Sequence record: LC727697.1
Strand: one strand, 5' to 3'
Length of the DNA: 64,000 bases
Made by a program: the position numbers and the translations under genes. Positions 38,522-49,016 of the stretch are shown here, piece after piece (positions within the stretch are counted from its first letter, which is position 1; each line of letters starts with the position of its first letter). The notes below the pieces were generated by a model, which was not told the origin of the DNA, made no database searches, and saw nothing but the letters and a program-made list of their open reading frames with translations.

Positions 38522-38818
38522 TTAAATTCCTCTTATTTTATTAATTTCCCGCTCAACGGATGTCATAGCTCTACTAAAGGAAATATAAATGTCAGTGTCG
38601 TATAACCTCCATACAACAAATCTATATCTAACTAGAAATTTTATATATGTATACTTAACAGATATAAAAGATATATAAAAAATAGAATTAACTTTAATAA
38701 ATCTAGTTTCATTATTGATAAATGGGTATTCCTTGCCATAAATTTCGCACAAAAATGCCCCTTCGGGATTATCACCTACATAATACAATATCGGTTTCAT
38801 TTTAATTATATTTGCCAT
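38522..38818 (-). CDS. hypothetical protein
   Basis: ORF in operon. Confidence 0.55.
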   Translation of the reverse strand: MANIIKMKPILYYVGDNPEGAFLCEIYGKEYPFINNETRFIKVNSIFYISFISVKYTYIKFLVRYRFVVWRLYDTDIYISFSRAMTSVEREINKIRGI

Positions 38819-38992
38819 TCAGGAAAGACACCCATACATCCGTCTTGAGATACGTACAAATACCTACCATACTTATCTGACTTTGTAACGTATACCCATG
38901 CCTTTTTAATGTTTAATCCGAAAATATAAAAAGTTATGGTTGTAGTATTTGCACAAATTGAATAGTTTAGTATTAAACTCATACTATACCTC

Positions 38993-39214
38993 TTACCAAT
39001 ACTTTTTTCTTCGTTTATTCTTCGGTAACAAATGTTCCCCGGATAATTTTTTTATCATTTGCCGTTGCTGCTCTTGTGCAGTTTGTTTACAAGACTTAGA
39101 ACAATATAGTCCCCAACCTCTTTTAACATCGGCAATTCTTACTTCGAATACATTATTACATTCTATATTATTGCATGTTATTTTAGTTTTCTTTCCCCTA
39201 GGCGTTGTTGACAT
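38993..39214 (-). CDS. small zinc-finger protein
   Basis: C...C ... RGWGLYCSKSC. Confidence 0.7.
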   Translation of the reverse strand: MSTTPRGKKTKITCNNIECNNVFEVRIADVKRGWGLYCSKSCKQTAQEQQRQMIKKLSGEHLLPKNKRRKKYW

Positions 39215-39303
39215 TTAATTACTCGCAACAATACACTGTGTATTAGAATGCACAGTGTATATTATAGATAGTTGAATGCATGACTTACTTTGTTTCTTAC
39301 TAT

Positions 39304-39332
39304 AAAAAAAGGGCACAATGTGCCCTTTTTTT
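39304..39332. terminator. bidirectional intrinsic terminator
   Basis: AAAAAAAGGGCAC-AAT-GTGCCCTTTTTTT. Confidence 0.85.
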
Positions 39333-40298
39333 ATATTTTACTTCTTGCCAGTGGAAGAAGTAATAATTTCTTTACCGCAAACAGTGCAACGATAGCCCTT
39401 AGTAAACACGTTATGCACACGATTACCTTTGCCGTACACACTGTCCTGGAAATCATGTGCGCATTTGCACGATTTGATATTATCCACGTTTACCTCTGCT
39501 AGTTAATGTGTTGAGTGTTTAGTATACTGTTTTATAACAACGAAATCTAGCATTTTTTTAAATTCTTATAACTGGTCCAGCCTAAGCCCCCTATTTCATG
39601 CGAAATATAAGTTGTATAATCATAATTACCTATACTCATCGATCTTGTATCATAAATCATACGTCTATACAAAACTATCCCTTTTTCTCCCCGGACCCAT
39701 ATACATGTATATATGGTACTTGGTTCTATGCATATTTGGCGTGCATTATAAGACAGTTTTAGGATCATATTTAGTTTTTACCTTAGCAAAAATAAATCCA
39801 AAATCATTTACAAATGATATAATGTAAACTGTATTACCTTTTATGTCTTTTTGTACATGTTCTACTATATGTAATTTTATAGAATTATACGATAATCCTA
39901 TAATAGAGGTATTGAAATTTGGATTATATGACATATTAGAATCCTTCTTATATGCAAATATTTATTGCTTAGATTCTTAATATATTATATCTATTAATAC
40001 GTTATAATGTAATTCAGAGACATTCAGGTTATATTTGTTTTCTAAATATAATCTCACTAAGTTTGTTTAGTGTTATTATCTTTTTTAGATTTATTTTCAT
40101 TTCTTTCTTCTATACAAAACGATAATAGGTTTATAACAGTTGGTAGTAAGCAACATGTAGCTAAATTAGAAACAATGTCAATTCTTATTAAACTATATAT
40201 TTTATTAAAAATGGAAATAAAAAAATTAGAATATTTAATAGAAACAACGATTGTACTATTTCTAACTACTCTAGATAATTTACATAATAATGATAGAT

Positions 40299-40529
40299 TC
40301 ATTTGTATAACTTATTTCTCAGATCAAACAACGACTGGCATTCCACACATTTTGTTGCACTTGGTAGTATACGTTTTCTTTCTTCTCCTATTTCTTCTCC
40401 GCAATCTATACATTCGGTATAGCCAGAATTTCTTGCCATTTCTTTTCGTATTTTACTTACAGCTTTTTCTACAATTTGTTCGTGGGTTTCAGCAAGTCCG
40501 CTGTCATCTATATCAAATTCTGAACTCAT
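40299..40529 (-). CDS. TraR/DksA C4-type zinc-finger protein
   Basis: Acidic N-helix DIDD, CIDCGEEI.EER...LP.A..CVECQ; start MSSEF at 40529. Confidence 0.85.
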   Translation of the reverse strand: MSSEFDIDDSGLAETHEQIVEKAVSKIRKEMARNSGYTECIDCGEEIGEERKRILPSATKCVECQSLFDLRNKLYK

Positions 40530-40600
40530 AAAACATTTCCTTGTTATTAAACGTCCATTATTTATTATTTGTATAATAGCATAAGAAAAATAAAAATACA

Positions 40601-40636
40601 ATAAAACATTGCCCGCATTAGCGGGCAATGTTTTAT
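40601..40636. terminator. bidirectional intrinsic terminator
   Basis: AAAACATTGCCCGC-ATTA-GCGGGCAATGTTTT. Confidence 0.85.
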
Positions 40637-41274
40637 TAATATTGTTGCCAAAGATTTTTGGATTTCATTTCATTTACTAACCATGTGCAAAATTTAGCAT
40701 GCCCGGCAGCATTTAAATGCAATCCATCACCAAAATATGTTGCATTTTGGACAGGTGCTTGTTTCCCATCTATAAAATAGACATTACTATTATTAGCAGA
40801 AACAAGTGAAGTAACCCATTGTGCTGTATTTTGAAAATCTGCAAGTACATTAGTCGTTCCGTCGTATTTTAACACAGATGTATCCTTATCTTGTCGCCAT
40901 ATAGGCGAAACAATTACAACAGGTATGGTTAACGATATTGCTGCATTCAAAAAATCAGTTAAAGCATAAAAATAATCGACTGTAGTTACGTATGGACTTC
41001 CGTAGTCGTTTGTACCTAATGTACACACAACTCCGTTTAACCCGAAAAATCCATGTAATTTGCTTAATGAAGAAATATCAAACGGATCACTAGGATCAGT
41101 TCCTTTTGCTAAACGCATACCCGGGACAGACACGTTCTGTATAGATGCGTTTACTTTAAACGGTATCATAGATGCAGTGAGTTTATCTGCCCTCGGAATA
41201 ATACCACTATTACTATTTTCTAATACCCATGCCTGGATAGAATCTCCAACTAATGCCCAACGCTGTTGCCACAT
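40636..41274 (-). CDS. SGNH/GDSL hydrolase
   Basis: Blocks GDSI, G, GTND, DGLH; AGGAG SD. Confidence 0.9.
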   Translation of the reverse strand: MWQQRWALVGDSIQAWVLENSNSGIIPRADKLTASMIPFKVNASIQNVSVPGMRLAKGTDPSDPFDISSLSKLHGFFGLNGVVCTLGTNDYGSPYVTTVDYFYALTDFLNAAISLTIPVVIVSPIWRQDKDTSVLKYDGTTNVLADFQNTAQWVTSLVSANNSNVYFIDGKQAPVQNATYFGDGLHLNAAGHAKFCTWLVNEMKSKNLWQQY

Positions 41275-41335
41275 AATATATCTCCTACATAATTAAAGAT
41301 ATTTAGTGGCATTGCATTTATAAATCTAATGTGTG

Positions 41336-41854
41336 TTAATCTTTATAACACACTTGTTCTAAATCTTTGGCGTCAGCGTCGGATATTTCTAAGATTGTTA
41401 ACCAATTTTTAAAATATTTAGATAATTGATGAGATCTTTTGTGGGTGTCTTTATGATATATTTTAAAATCTTTGAAATTTTGAACCTTATCTGCTATTAG
41501 CATTTCTTTTACAGGATGAATAATATGACCTATTTTTTTAGATGCATATTCAACTGTCCAATGATCTGTTTCTTTTTTACACAAATATGTATTTGCTTTG
41601 TGTCTATATTCCATTGCAAGAAGAATACTTTTTGTTACCAGGCCGCCTGTGCTTACTACTAAATCATAGTTATTTTCAAATTCTTCGTTATTTTGGAGCA
41701 AAGGATGTAAACAAAATGCTTCTTTTACTTCGTATGAAGAATTTATTGTATCTAAAATTTTTAGACCTTCATCTATATGGTTCATTAACGGAATCCCGGA
41801 ACGTTTAGCAACCCGGGTACCATAATATTCTTTAATTAAATCATACCCTTTCAT
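41336..41854 (-). CDS. HD-domain-like protein (RelA/SpoT hydrolase-like pattern)
   Basis: NHI.E...IL ... A..LHP ... LIADKVQN; the canonical HD is HP. Confidence 0.45.
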   Translation of the reverse strand: MKGYDLIKEYYGTRVAKRSGIPLMNHIDEGLKILDTINSSYEVKEAFCLHPLLQNNEEFENNYDLVVSTGGLVTKSILLAMEYRHKANTYLCKKETDHWTVEYASKKIGHIIHPVKEMLIADKVQNFKDFKIYHKDTHKRSHQLSKYFKNWLTILEISDADAKDLEQVCYKD

Positions 41855-43455
41855 GCTGAATATTTTCCTTCCATTAAGTATATAAAACTTTTTGTGTATT
41901 TTCCTTTATTATACTGAGTATCGTTGTGCGAAGTAGTCTCGTAAGACCATTTATACCATATAGAACCGTCTGAAAAATATTCTGCCAGATCGTAGTGTAC
42001 ACCATAATGGCGTGATGAATCTATAAAAATTAAACAATAGGAACTTAATTTAAAGATGTAATCTATCATTTTATTTTAGATTTTAAGAAATTAATATACC
42101 TCAGTACATTAGTGTGTTTATTTCTGTCTGACAGACACTTACAACCGCCGTTAGTTACCATTCCTTTCCGATGCGATGGGCGAAATATACAATTGCCATC
42201 AGTACATGCACAATCTAATTGTTCTAGAAATTCGTCTATTGTCATTTACTTTACCTTCAAATACGGTTGCATTGTATATGCACTGGAATAAAATGTTCTT
42301 CGCCAAACTAATGTATAATTTATCCACATATTTAATATTTCTTTCTGGGTAGCACGATTGTACACTGGTGATATTTTCACATTAGATGCAGAAATTCTAA
42401 TTATGCGTTCTAGTTCTTCTTCTATGATGTTAATTGGGCTAGTAATATTATGGTCTAACAAGCGATGCATTTTTTTATTATTTTTGTATTCTATATATAC
42501 GCCGTAGTCGTTATAAAATTTAGATAACGAAATACGTTCTATCGAACTAGAAACTTTTAGTAGATTGATTAATTTAAATACATACTCAAAGTTCATTCAT
42601 TATACTCTTTAATTTCATAATGACTGTTCCATATGGGTTTAGGATTATTTAAATTAATAAAAACGATGGGTGATGATGATGAATCTATAGTATATATAGA
42701 TAAATGATAATATATCATATGTGCTAAGTGCATCTGTATTTTAAATATGTTTATCATTTATAAAGTTTCATTCTTGGGTTATTAATCCATCTAATATAAC
42801 TGTTATGTAAATGATTTATTCTATTAGAATAATCACTTAGATTATTAGTTATTTTAGTTGTTTCCTTATGTACTTTAAAATGAAATATGAAAGATGAAAT
42901 ACTACCATACTCTGTCGGTACTTCGAATCTAATTATAATTGATGTTGTTTTGTCCTGCAGATTTTCCATGATGATTTCGAGATATTGATACATGGAACAT
43001 AGTTTACATAGTTTAGTCATGTGCATGATTTTAAGAACCTAGAATAGCTTAATATCTCGTAGTTGGATACATTCGCACATAACACTATGTTTACTTTTTT
43101 TACTAATACTTTGAATATGTCATTAACACTGAAATCGCCATACGCATCTTTAGTGTCATAGGTTATTCCACAGTTTGGTTCTTGCCAAAATGCCGGCGAA
43201 GGACCGGCATCTGTACACATAACAAATATTCTCATTTAATTAGTATTGTTTCTTTATTTTATAAAGGGCTGCTGTGCAGTAGTGAGATAGTACGCGGATG
43301 GCGTCGTCGGCAGTGCAATTTTCGTGGCGTGCAACATACTCGCCCTCGTTAGGTTGTTGGCCAACCTCATATCTACCATCGTCGCGATATTTCCTTACTT
43401 GTACAGTATAAGTAGGATATTCGAGTTCGGCAATTATATCGAAATGTTTGTTCAT
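41851..43455 (-). CDS. small hypothetical ORFs (41851-42069, 42246-42596, 42754-43026, 43017-43235, 43240-43455)
   Basis: Co-oriented ORFs; the first two start with a family-like DY(I/V)FKL. Confidence 0.55.
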
Positions 43456-43769
43456 AACTGTGACCTCGTGTGATTTATATTTAATATACTATACTCTGTG
43501 TATTAATAAAATTGTAAATTTATTGTTTTAATGGAAAATACCAGAATGTAATACTATACTGATTTAAATGAGTATTTTCTGATTTTGCTAAATTAGATAA
43601 TAATAGTTGATTGCATTTGACATCTGCAATAATACTTTGTCTAGTAATCTTTTTCTATATAATACCTAAACTAATATTATTACAAATTATTTTAGAAATT
43701 TCAAAACTAGTATTATAAGATATGTTTTATAATGAGTAACATTATAAAATAACATTTATTAGGTTAATA

Positions 43770-43796
43770 AAAAGCGGAACAATTGTTCCGCTTTTG
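43770..43796. terminator. intrinsic terminator after tRNAs
   Basis: AAAAGCGGAAC-AATT-GTTCCGCTTTT. Confidence 0.85.
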
Positions 43797-43799
43797 TGT

Positions 43800-43889
43800 T
43801 GGCAGATACTGTAGGATTCGAACCTACGGAGCTTTTTCAAACTCACTTCCTTAGCAGGGAAGCACCTTAAGCCACTCGGTCAAGTATCT
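43800..43889 (-). tRNA. tRNA-Ser(GCT)
   Basis: Cloverleaf, long variable arm, anticodon loop CT-GCT-AA, TTCGAAT, CCA. Confidence 0.95.
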
Positions 43890-43894
43890 ATATT

Positions 43895-43984
43895 TGGCGG
43901 AGAGGGTGGGATTCGAACCCACGGGACCTTTCGATCCGCTAGTTTTCAAGACTAGTATAATAAACCAGACTCTATCACCTCTCC
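43895..43984 (-). tRNA. tRNA-Ser(TGA)
   Basis: Cloverleaf, long variable arm, CT-TGA-AA, CCA. Confidence 0.95.
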
Positions 43985-43998
43985 AAAACTAGTTAATT

Positions 43999-44358
43999 CT
44001 ATTCGTAAATTATTCTACAATGTTGTTTTCCTGCAACTCTATCTAAATAACCAAGTCTAGCTAAAATAGCTGGAGCTACATTATTATATTCATCTATAAA
44101 AGATTTAGGAACATTATATAAGTATGCACTTTGGTCATTATCGAATTCTTTACAAAAGATACCATAAAAGTGCGGAACATAGGGATTATCTTCGAATTCC
44201 TTATTTTCTAAAATCTTATCTTCTAAATACGCATCATTTGCAAATAATCTAATATTTTTATTTATTTTATTAGATTCGTATTCCGAGTCTTCGTATATAA
44301 TTTTTGCATCGGCAGTAGGAAGATATATTCCGTATACAATTTGAATTTTGGAAATCAT
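43999..44358 (-). CDS. hypothetical protein
   Basis: 119-aa ORF, AGAG SD. Confidence 0.65.
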   Translation of the reverse strand: MISKIQIVYGIYLPTADAKIIYEDSEYESNKINKNIRLFANDAYLEDKILENKEFEDNPYVPHFYGIFCKEFDNDQSAYLYNVPKSFIDEYNNVAPAILARLGYLDRVAGKQHCRIIYE

Positions 44359-45170
44359 TTAAAATTCTCTTTTGTTATTTTATGCACTTATTATACGAAA
44401 TAATTATACTTTTGTCAAATGTTATTTTGTATATTTAAAAGAAATCATCATAAGAATGTACTACAAGTATATATTTTTCTTATTAAATATCCGTCGGGAT
44501 CTATTATAAAAATATTCAAATGCTTTGAATAAAAAACACCATTAAAAAAGTAAGTAGGGGATATTCGTATAATACCTTCGTTAGCATTAATAGATATCCT
44601 AAATATGTTTTCCATAAATCCACACCGTTATTATGTGTATTTATGGTTTTATTTCTATTTAGAATAGTTATTATAATAGATATATAATGGTTATTTAAAG
44701 GTAAGTCAATTTATAAAATAATAGATAAGCTAAAAATATTTGCATGCAATTAAAAAATCAGTTGTTTTATCTACAACATATATTTCTAATTGTTTTCTAT
44801 TGCTTGTCGGTTTAGTTTTTATCGAAACACATATAGATTTTGTATAAGACAACCTAGAAATGCTATATACATTTTCACGAAAAATAGACAAATCGAGTCT
44901 AAATATGCAACCTGCCATTTAATGTTGGTTCCTTAAACAGAACAATATCAATTTATATTTTTATTCTATCTGTCTAAAAACCATAAAGCATAATTTCCTA
45001 TATTAGGAAGGTATAAACATAAACAATGAGATTTTCTTACATACAATAACTCTGTTGTGTATGCCTGTATTTCCAGCACCGTTATATTAGATGGTATAAC
45101 TAATACTTCCATATTTATCCACTACACGAATCATCGAATAGATATACCAATCAATTATATTAGAATATTG

Positions 45171-45243
45171 AGCAGCCCACGGGACTCGAACCCGTAACAT
45201 CTGACTTGGAAGGACAGTGCTCTACCAATTGAGCTAGGACTGC
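45171..45243 (-). tRNA. tRNA-Gly(TCC), no encoded CCA
   Basis: GCAGTCC/GGGCTGC acceptor, CT-TCC-AA, TTCGAGT. Confidence 0.9.
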
Positions 45244-45252
45244 ATAGTAAAT

Positions 45253-45329
45253 TGGTCTAGGCAGGAGACCTCGAATCCCCAACCTCTTGCTCCCAAAGCA
45301 AGTGCTCTACCTACTTGAGCTATGCCTAG
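45253..45329 (-). tRNA. tRNA-Pro(TGG)
   Basis: CTAGGCA/TGCCTAG acceptor, TT-TGG-GA, CCA. Confidence 0.9.
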
Positions 45330-45338
45330 ATATAAAAC

Positions 45339-45415
45339 TGGTTGCAGGGGTGGGATTCGAACCCACGATAAAAAGGTTATGAGCCTTTCTGCTTAGACCT
45401 CTTGCATACCCTGCG
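45339..45415 (-). tRNA. tRNA-Met(CAT), initiator-like
   Basis: C1:A72 mismatch, G11-C24, CT-CAT-AA, CCA; only two G-C pairs in anticodon stem. Confidence 0.85.
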
Positions 45416-45438
45416 ATAAAACTATATTGTTATATTAT

Positions 45439-45771
45439 TTACCATTTTAAATTTTTAATCTGAGAAAAATCAAATTCCGGAAGTATGCATTTATCGTCTA
45501 GATAATCTTGCATAATCTTTACATCATCAGGCGAACACGAACCTGTACTAGATTGCCACAGGCTCATTATATCTTTCGAATACATAGATCCACGACTATG
45601 TATTCCGTATCTACAGTGCATATTGTCTTTTACTATGCCAACTCTTGCTTTTCCGGCATCGAAATAAACAATATTATATATTCCGTCTATATATGAAATT
45701 AGACGTGCATTTTTTCTATTGTTACGCTTTATCCATTTTAGAACATCTGTATCATTAGAATAATTATTCAT
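45439..45771 (-). CDS. conserved-looking phage hypothetical protein
   Basis: 110 aa, GAG SD. Confidence 0.7.
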   Translation of the reverse strand: MNNYSNDTDVLKWIKRNNRKNARLISYIDGIYNIVYFDAGKARVGIVKDNMHCRYGIHSRGSMYSKDIMSLWQSSTGSCSPDDVKIMQDYLDDKCILPEFDFSQIKNLKW

Positions 45772-45799
45772 TATTTGAGGTACTCTTATATATACATGT

Positions 45800-46042
45800 T
45801 TATTCTAAAATTATTTTCCCTTTACCGTATAATTCTGTATTATACCAAGCTACAGAGTATAAGTAAATAGAATTATATTTAATATCGAATATGTATATTC
45901 CGCTAGTATCAGTTCTAATACTGAATGCTTGTTGTTGAAGCCAAAATAATTTTATTTGTAACGATAACTCTTTGCATTTCCTACAAGTCGATGTATGCTT
46001 TTTGATTGTTCTGTATTGTAGATGTTCTTTGCATCTATTCAT
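45800..46042 (-). CDS. hypothetical protein with Cys/His motif
   Basis: C..H ... C..C at N-terminus. Confidence 0.5.
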   Translation of the reverse strand: MNRCKEHLQYRTIKKHTSTCRKCKELSLQIKLFWLQQQAFSIRTDTSGIYIFDIKYNSIYLYSVAWYNTELYGKGKIILE

Positions 46043-46310
46043 ATTATTAATATAAATTTTTATACTATAATATTTTTATAGCGAGTCCAGCCTACTAAAC
46101 AGGTATTGTGCAGATTGTAGTTCGAATCAATTCCGATTAATACTCGTCCTATATAATTTTTTCGTAAGTTTAGCTGACCTGGACTGATCCGAGTTTTTCT
46201 GCACACTTCAAATATATCTTTACCTATACAACAGAAACCTTGTTTCATACTATAACGAAGAAGTCTTATGTCAAATCTTATTGTTTGCATAACACAACAC
46301 TCTTTAAAAT

Positions 46311-46387
46311 TGGCGCGCCCGGAGGGATTCGAACCCCCGACCATCCGCTTAGAAGGCGGATGCTCTATCCAGCTGAGCTACGAGCGC
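46311..46387 (-). tRNA. tRNA-Arg(TCT)
   Basis: Cloverleaf, CT-TCT-AA, CCA. Confidence 0.97.
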
Positions 46388-47293
46388 ATATCTTGTGCAA
46401 CTAATGATAGCTTTGTAATAATGCTTTGTATGCGTAACATTATATACTGTTTTGTTTGTTCGGTCAACTATTTTTATTAAAATATATATCTATACAATTA
46501 AGTAATGATCGACGTAACATTTATGAAAATAACTACCACTATTTATTAAGTATAAAGCTATTACGGATTTCTCACAAAAAGTATTTTTACTGACTACAAA
46601 CCCTTTGTAGATTTTTGCATGACATACGATGCGTTCTAAATAGTACGAATAGGAAAAAATACAGTTCATTATCATCATCTTAGCCGTACAATATAACAAT
46701 TCTTATCTAGCCGAACATACCATACTATTTCGCCAGAATAAACACAAACTATGGATTCCGACCATTTTAATAACGACAATTTACATATCAATGTTTTATG
46801 CGAAATAGTTAAAATTTTTTCCATTCTTTATTCTATGTAATAAAGTTAATAAGAAATACTAAGTATACCGCAATATCGATAATAAACAGAATTGCTATAT
46901 ATTATCTAAGCACTTCCGGTATTTGTTACAATAAAAATATTATGTATTATAGAATATAACGGAACATCGGATGCAAATAGTATCTTATCTTAAATATCAT
47001 AGTAATAGAAAGGATAGTAACAGATCTATTATCGCATAACGATATTATGTTGAAACAAGGCATGTATATTACTTCTGTTGAGTATTGTAAATTAATAATG
47101 TATTTCATTTTTTAATTCTATATTGCATTGTATTTCCATGCCATAGAAAATGTACCGATATCAAAATGTACCCATAATGTAAAAGATCTATTATTTTTTA
47201 TAGTGACTACTAACTTGTTTAATACGCGATATTCTATTACGTATGTGTTGGCAGATATATGCATTATTTCATTCATAATAAAAATATCATAAT

Positions 47294-47325
47294 AAAAAAG
47301 GAACATACCATAATATGTTCCTTTT
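47294..47325 (-). terminator. intrinsic terminator
   Basis: AAAAGGAACAT..ATGTTCCTTTT. Confidence 0.75.
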
Positions 47326-47334
47326 GTAGGAGTT

Positions 47335-47419
47335 TGGTGCCCGGTGCCAGACTCGAACTGGCACGACTTTCGTCGGGAGATTTTAAGTCTCCTGTGTCTA
47401 CCGATTTCACCAACCGGGC
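47335..47419 (-). tRNA. tRNA-Leu(TAA) copy 1
   Basis: Cloverleaf with variable arm, CT-TAA-AA, CCA. Confidence 0.97.
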
Positions 47420-47469
47420 ATATTCATTCATTATATAGTTTAAGTATAGTTTGATTTGTATATAAAAAT

Positions 47470-47546
47470 TGGTGGGACTTACTGGATTCGAACCAGTGAC
47501 CTAGCGATTATGAGTCGCGCGCTCTAACCAACTGAGCTAAAGTCCC
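47470..47546 (-). tRNA. tRNA-Ile2(CAT, lysidine) copy 1
   Basis: Anticodon arm GCGA-CTCATAA-TCGC like enterobacterial Ile2 (C29-G41, G30-C40); CCA. Confidence 0.85.
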
Positions 47547-47615
47547 GTTTGAAACATTATATGAATATTTTATTTAGACTATTGTATCTCTTTAGATACA
47601 AATGTTATTTAAAAT

Positions 47616-47691
<76 letters not shown>

Positions 47692-47717
47692 ATATTGAAT
47701 ATACAACAAAGTGTAAT

Positions 47718-47793
47718 TGGCTGGCTAGGTAGGACTCGAACCTACGACCCAATGATTAACAGTCATTTGCTCTACCGACTGAGCTACTAGCCA
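47718..47793 (-). tRNA. tRNA-Asn(GTT)
   Basis: Cloverleaf, CT-GTT-AA, CCA. Confidence 0.97.
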
Positions 47794-47843
47794 TTTAATT
47801 TTAGAATAGTTTCCTATCTTGTTAAGTATTTATATCTTTTGTT

Positions 47844-47928
47844 TGGTACCCGAGACCGGACTCGAACCGGTACGCTGCGAAGCGGGAGATTTTAAGTCTC
47901 CTGTGTCTACCAATTTCACCACTCGGGC
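47844..47928 (-). tRNA. tRNA-Leu(TAA) copy 2
   Basis: Cloverleaf with variable arm, CT-TAA-AA, CCA. Confidence 0.97.
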
Positions 47929-47950
47929 TAAAAGCACAACATCTTAAAAT

Positions 47951-48027
47951 TGGTCCCTCGAACTGGATTCGAACCAGTGACCTAGCGATTATGAGTCGCG
48001 CGCTCTAACCAACTGAGCTACCGAGGG
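47951..48027 (-). tRNA. tRNA-Ile2(CAT, lysidine) copy 2
   Basis: D, anticodon and T arms identical to 47470-47546; different acceptor stem CCCTCGG/TCGAGGG. Confidence 0.85.
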
Positions 48028-48060
48028 GTTTTTTAACTTGTTAAATAAGCTGCATTATAC

Positions 48061-48196
48061 GCTTATTATACTAAAACTTTTAAGCTATTGCAACATTTTT
48101 TATTACGTTTTGTTTGTAAACTGTATTGCGTTGTTATGTGCTTATTATACTAAAACTTTTAAGCTATTGCAACATTTTTTATTACGTTTTGTTTGT
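48061..48196 (-). promoter_or_regulatory. duplicated 57-bp promoter unit driving the tRNA operon
   Basis: 48061-48117 = 48140-48196, each TTGCAA-17-TATAAT with upstream A-tract. Confidence 0.9.
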
Positions 48197-48332
48197 TGCT
48201 GTGTTATTGCGTTATATGTGCAAATTATACGCATACTTTTATATGAAAACTATACTATATTTACAATATTTTTGGAATGTACTTTTATATAAGTAGTGAA
48301 CAGAAAGTTATATAATATACACGAAATATATT

Positions 48333-48527
48333 TCATACACTTCGGTAATAAAAGTATTTAATTACCAGGTTCCCACGTTTATCTGGTAGAATTAGAGACA
48401 TTCGTTGTAAAATATAACTAAAATTGTAATGCAGTCTTACAACTCTACTTCTGCTGCTTATATGTAATATAGTTTCAAATGTAACTATTTTGTCGTTATT
48501 CTGTCTTATATAATCATAAGTGTTCAT
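48333..48527 (-). CDS. hypothetical protein
   Basis: ILHISSRSRVV family-like motif. Confidence 0.5.
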   Translation of the reverse strand: MNTYDYIRQNNDKIVTFETILHISSRSRVVRLHYNFSYILQRMSLILPDKRGNLVIKYFYYRSV

Positions 48528-48530
48528 ATA

Positions 48531-49016
48531 TTAATATCTATCTAATTTTCTAGAAAGTTTTTCTACAAAATCTACAAATCTTGTAAATTTATATTGACTG
48601 GCGATGTTGGTTTTAAATGCAGCAGAAGTGTATGTGTGAAAACATTTTATGAGGTATTTCTTATGTTTTGCTCCGCATACCTTTAGTGCAAATCTACTAG
48701 CAAACATTTCGGAATAAAGACATTTATAAAAATCTTGTGTCTTATTATATAAAAGATACCCGTGTGTAGGACAAATAGGAGTATAGTAATCTAAATAAAT
48801 TTTATAATTAACTAATGTATGATGAATATAATGCCCTATTTCGTGCCAAAATATAGGTATAAAATTACTATTAAATACATTTACGCTAACTGTTATTTTA
48901 TCTGCGTTATCTATTTGTAAACTTCCTGTATCTAATTTTACAAAAGGATTAAATTTAATTCTATACCGTTTGCATATTCGTCTTGCAAGTATAAAATTAT
49001 ATATAGGATTATTCAT
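48531..49016 (-). CDS. zincin-like (HExxH) metallopeptidase-domain protein
   Basis: HEIGH plus downstream SEMFAS glutamate. Confidence 0.65.
   Translation of the reverse strand: MNNPIYNFILARRICKRYRIKFNPFVKLDTGSLQIDNADKITVSVNVFNSNFIPIFWHEIGHYIHHTLVNYKIYLDYYTPICPTHGYLLYNKTQDFYKCLYSEMFASRFALKVCGAKHKKYLIKCFHTYTSAAFKTNIASQYKFTRFVDFVEKLSRKLDRY

Noticed and set aside
46060-46344. ORF starting MVGGSNPSGRA
   Set aside because: The N-terminus is the T-arm and acceptor of tRNA-Arg. A shorter ORF from MQTIRF may be real but is unsupported.
47827-47834. TATAAATA as a proven late promoter inside the tRNA cluster
   Set aside because: Exact T4-type motif, but expected by chance in such AT-rich DNA; noted only.
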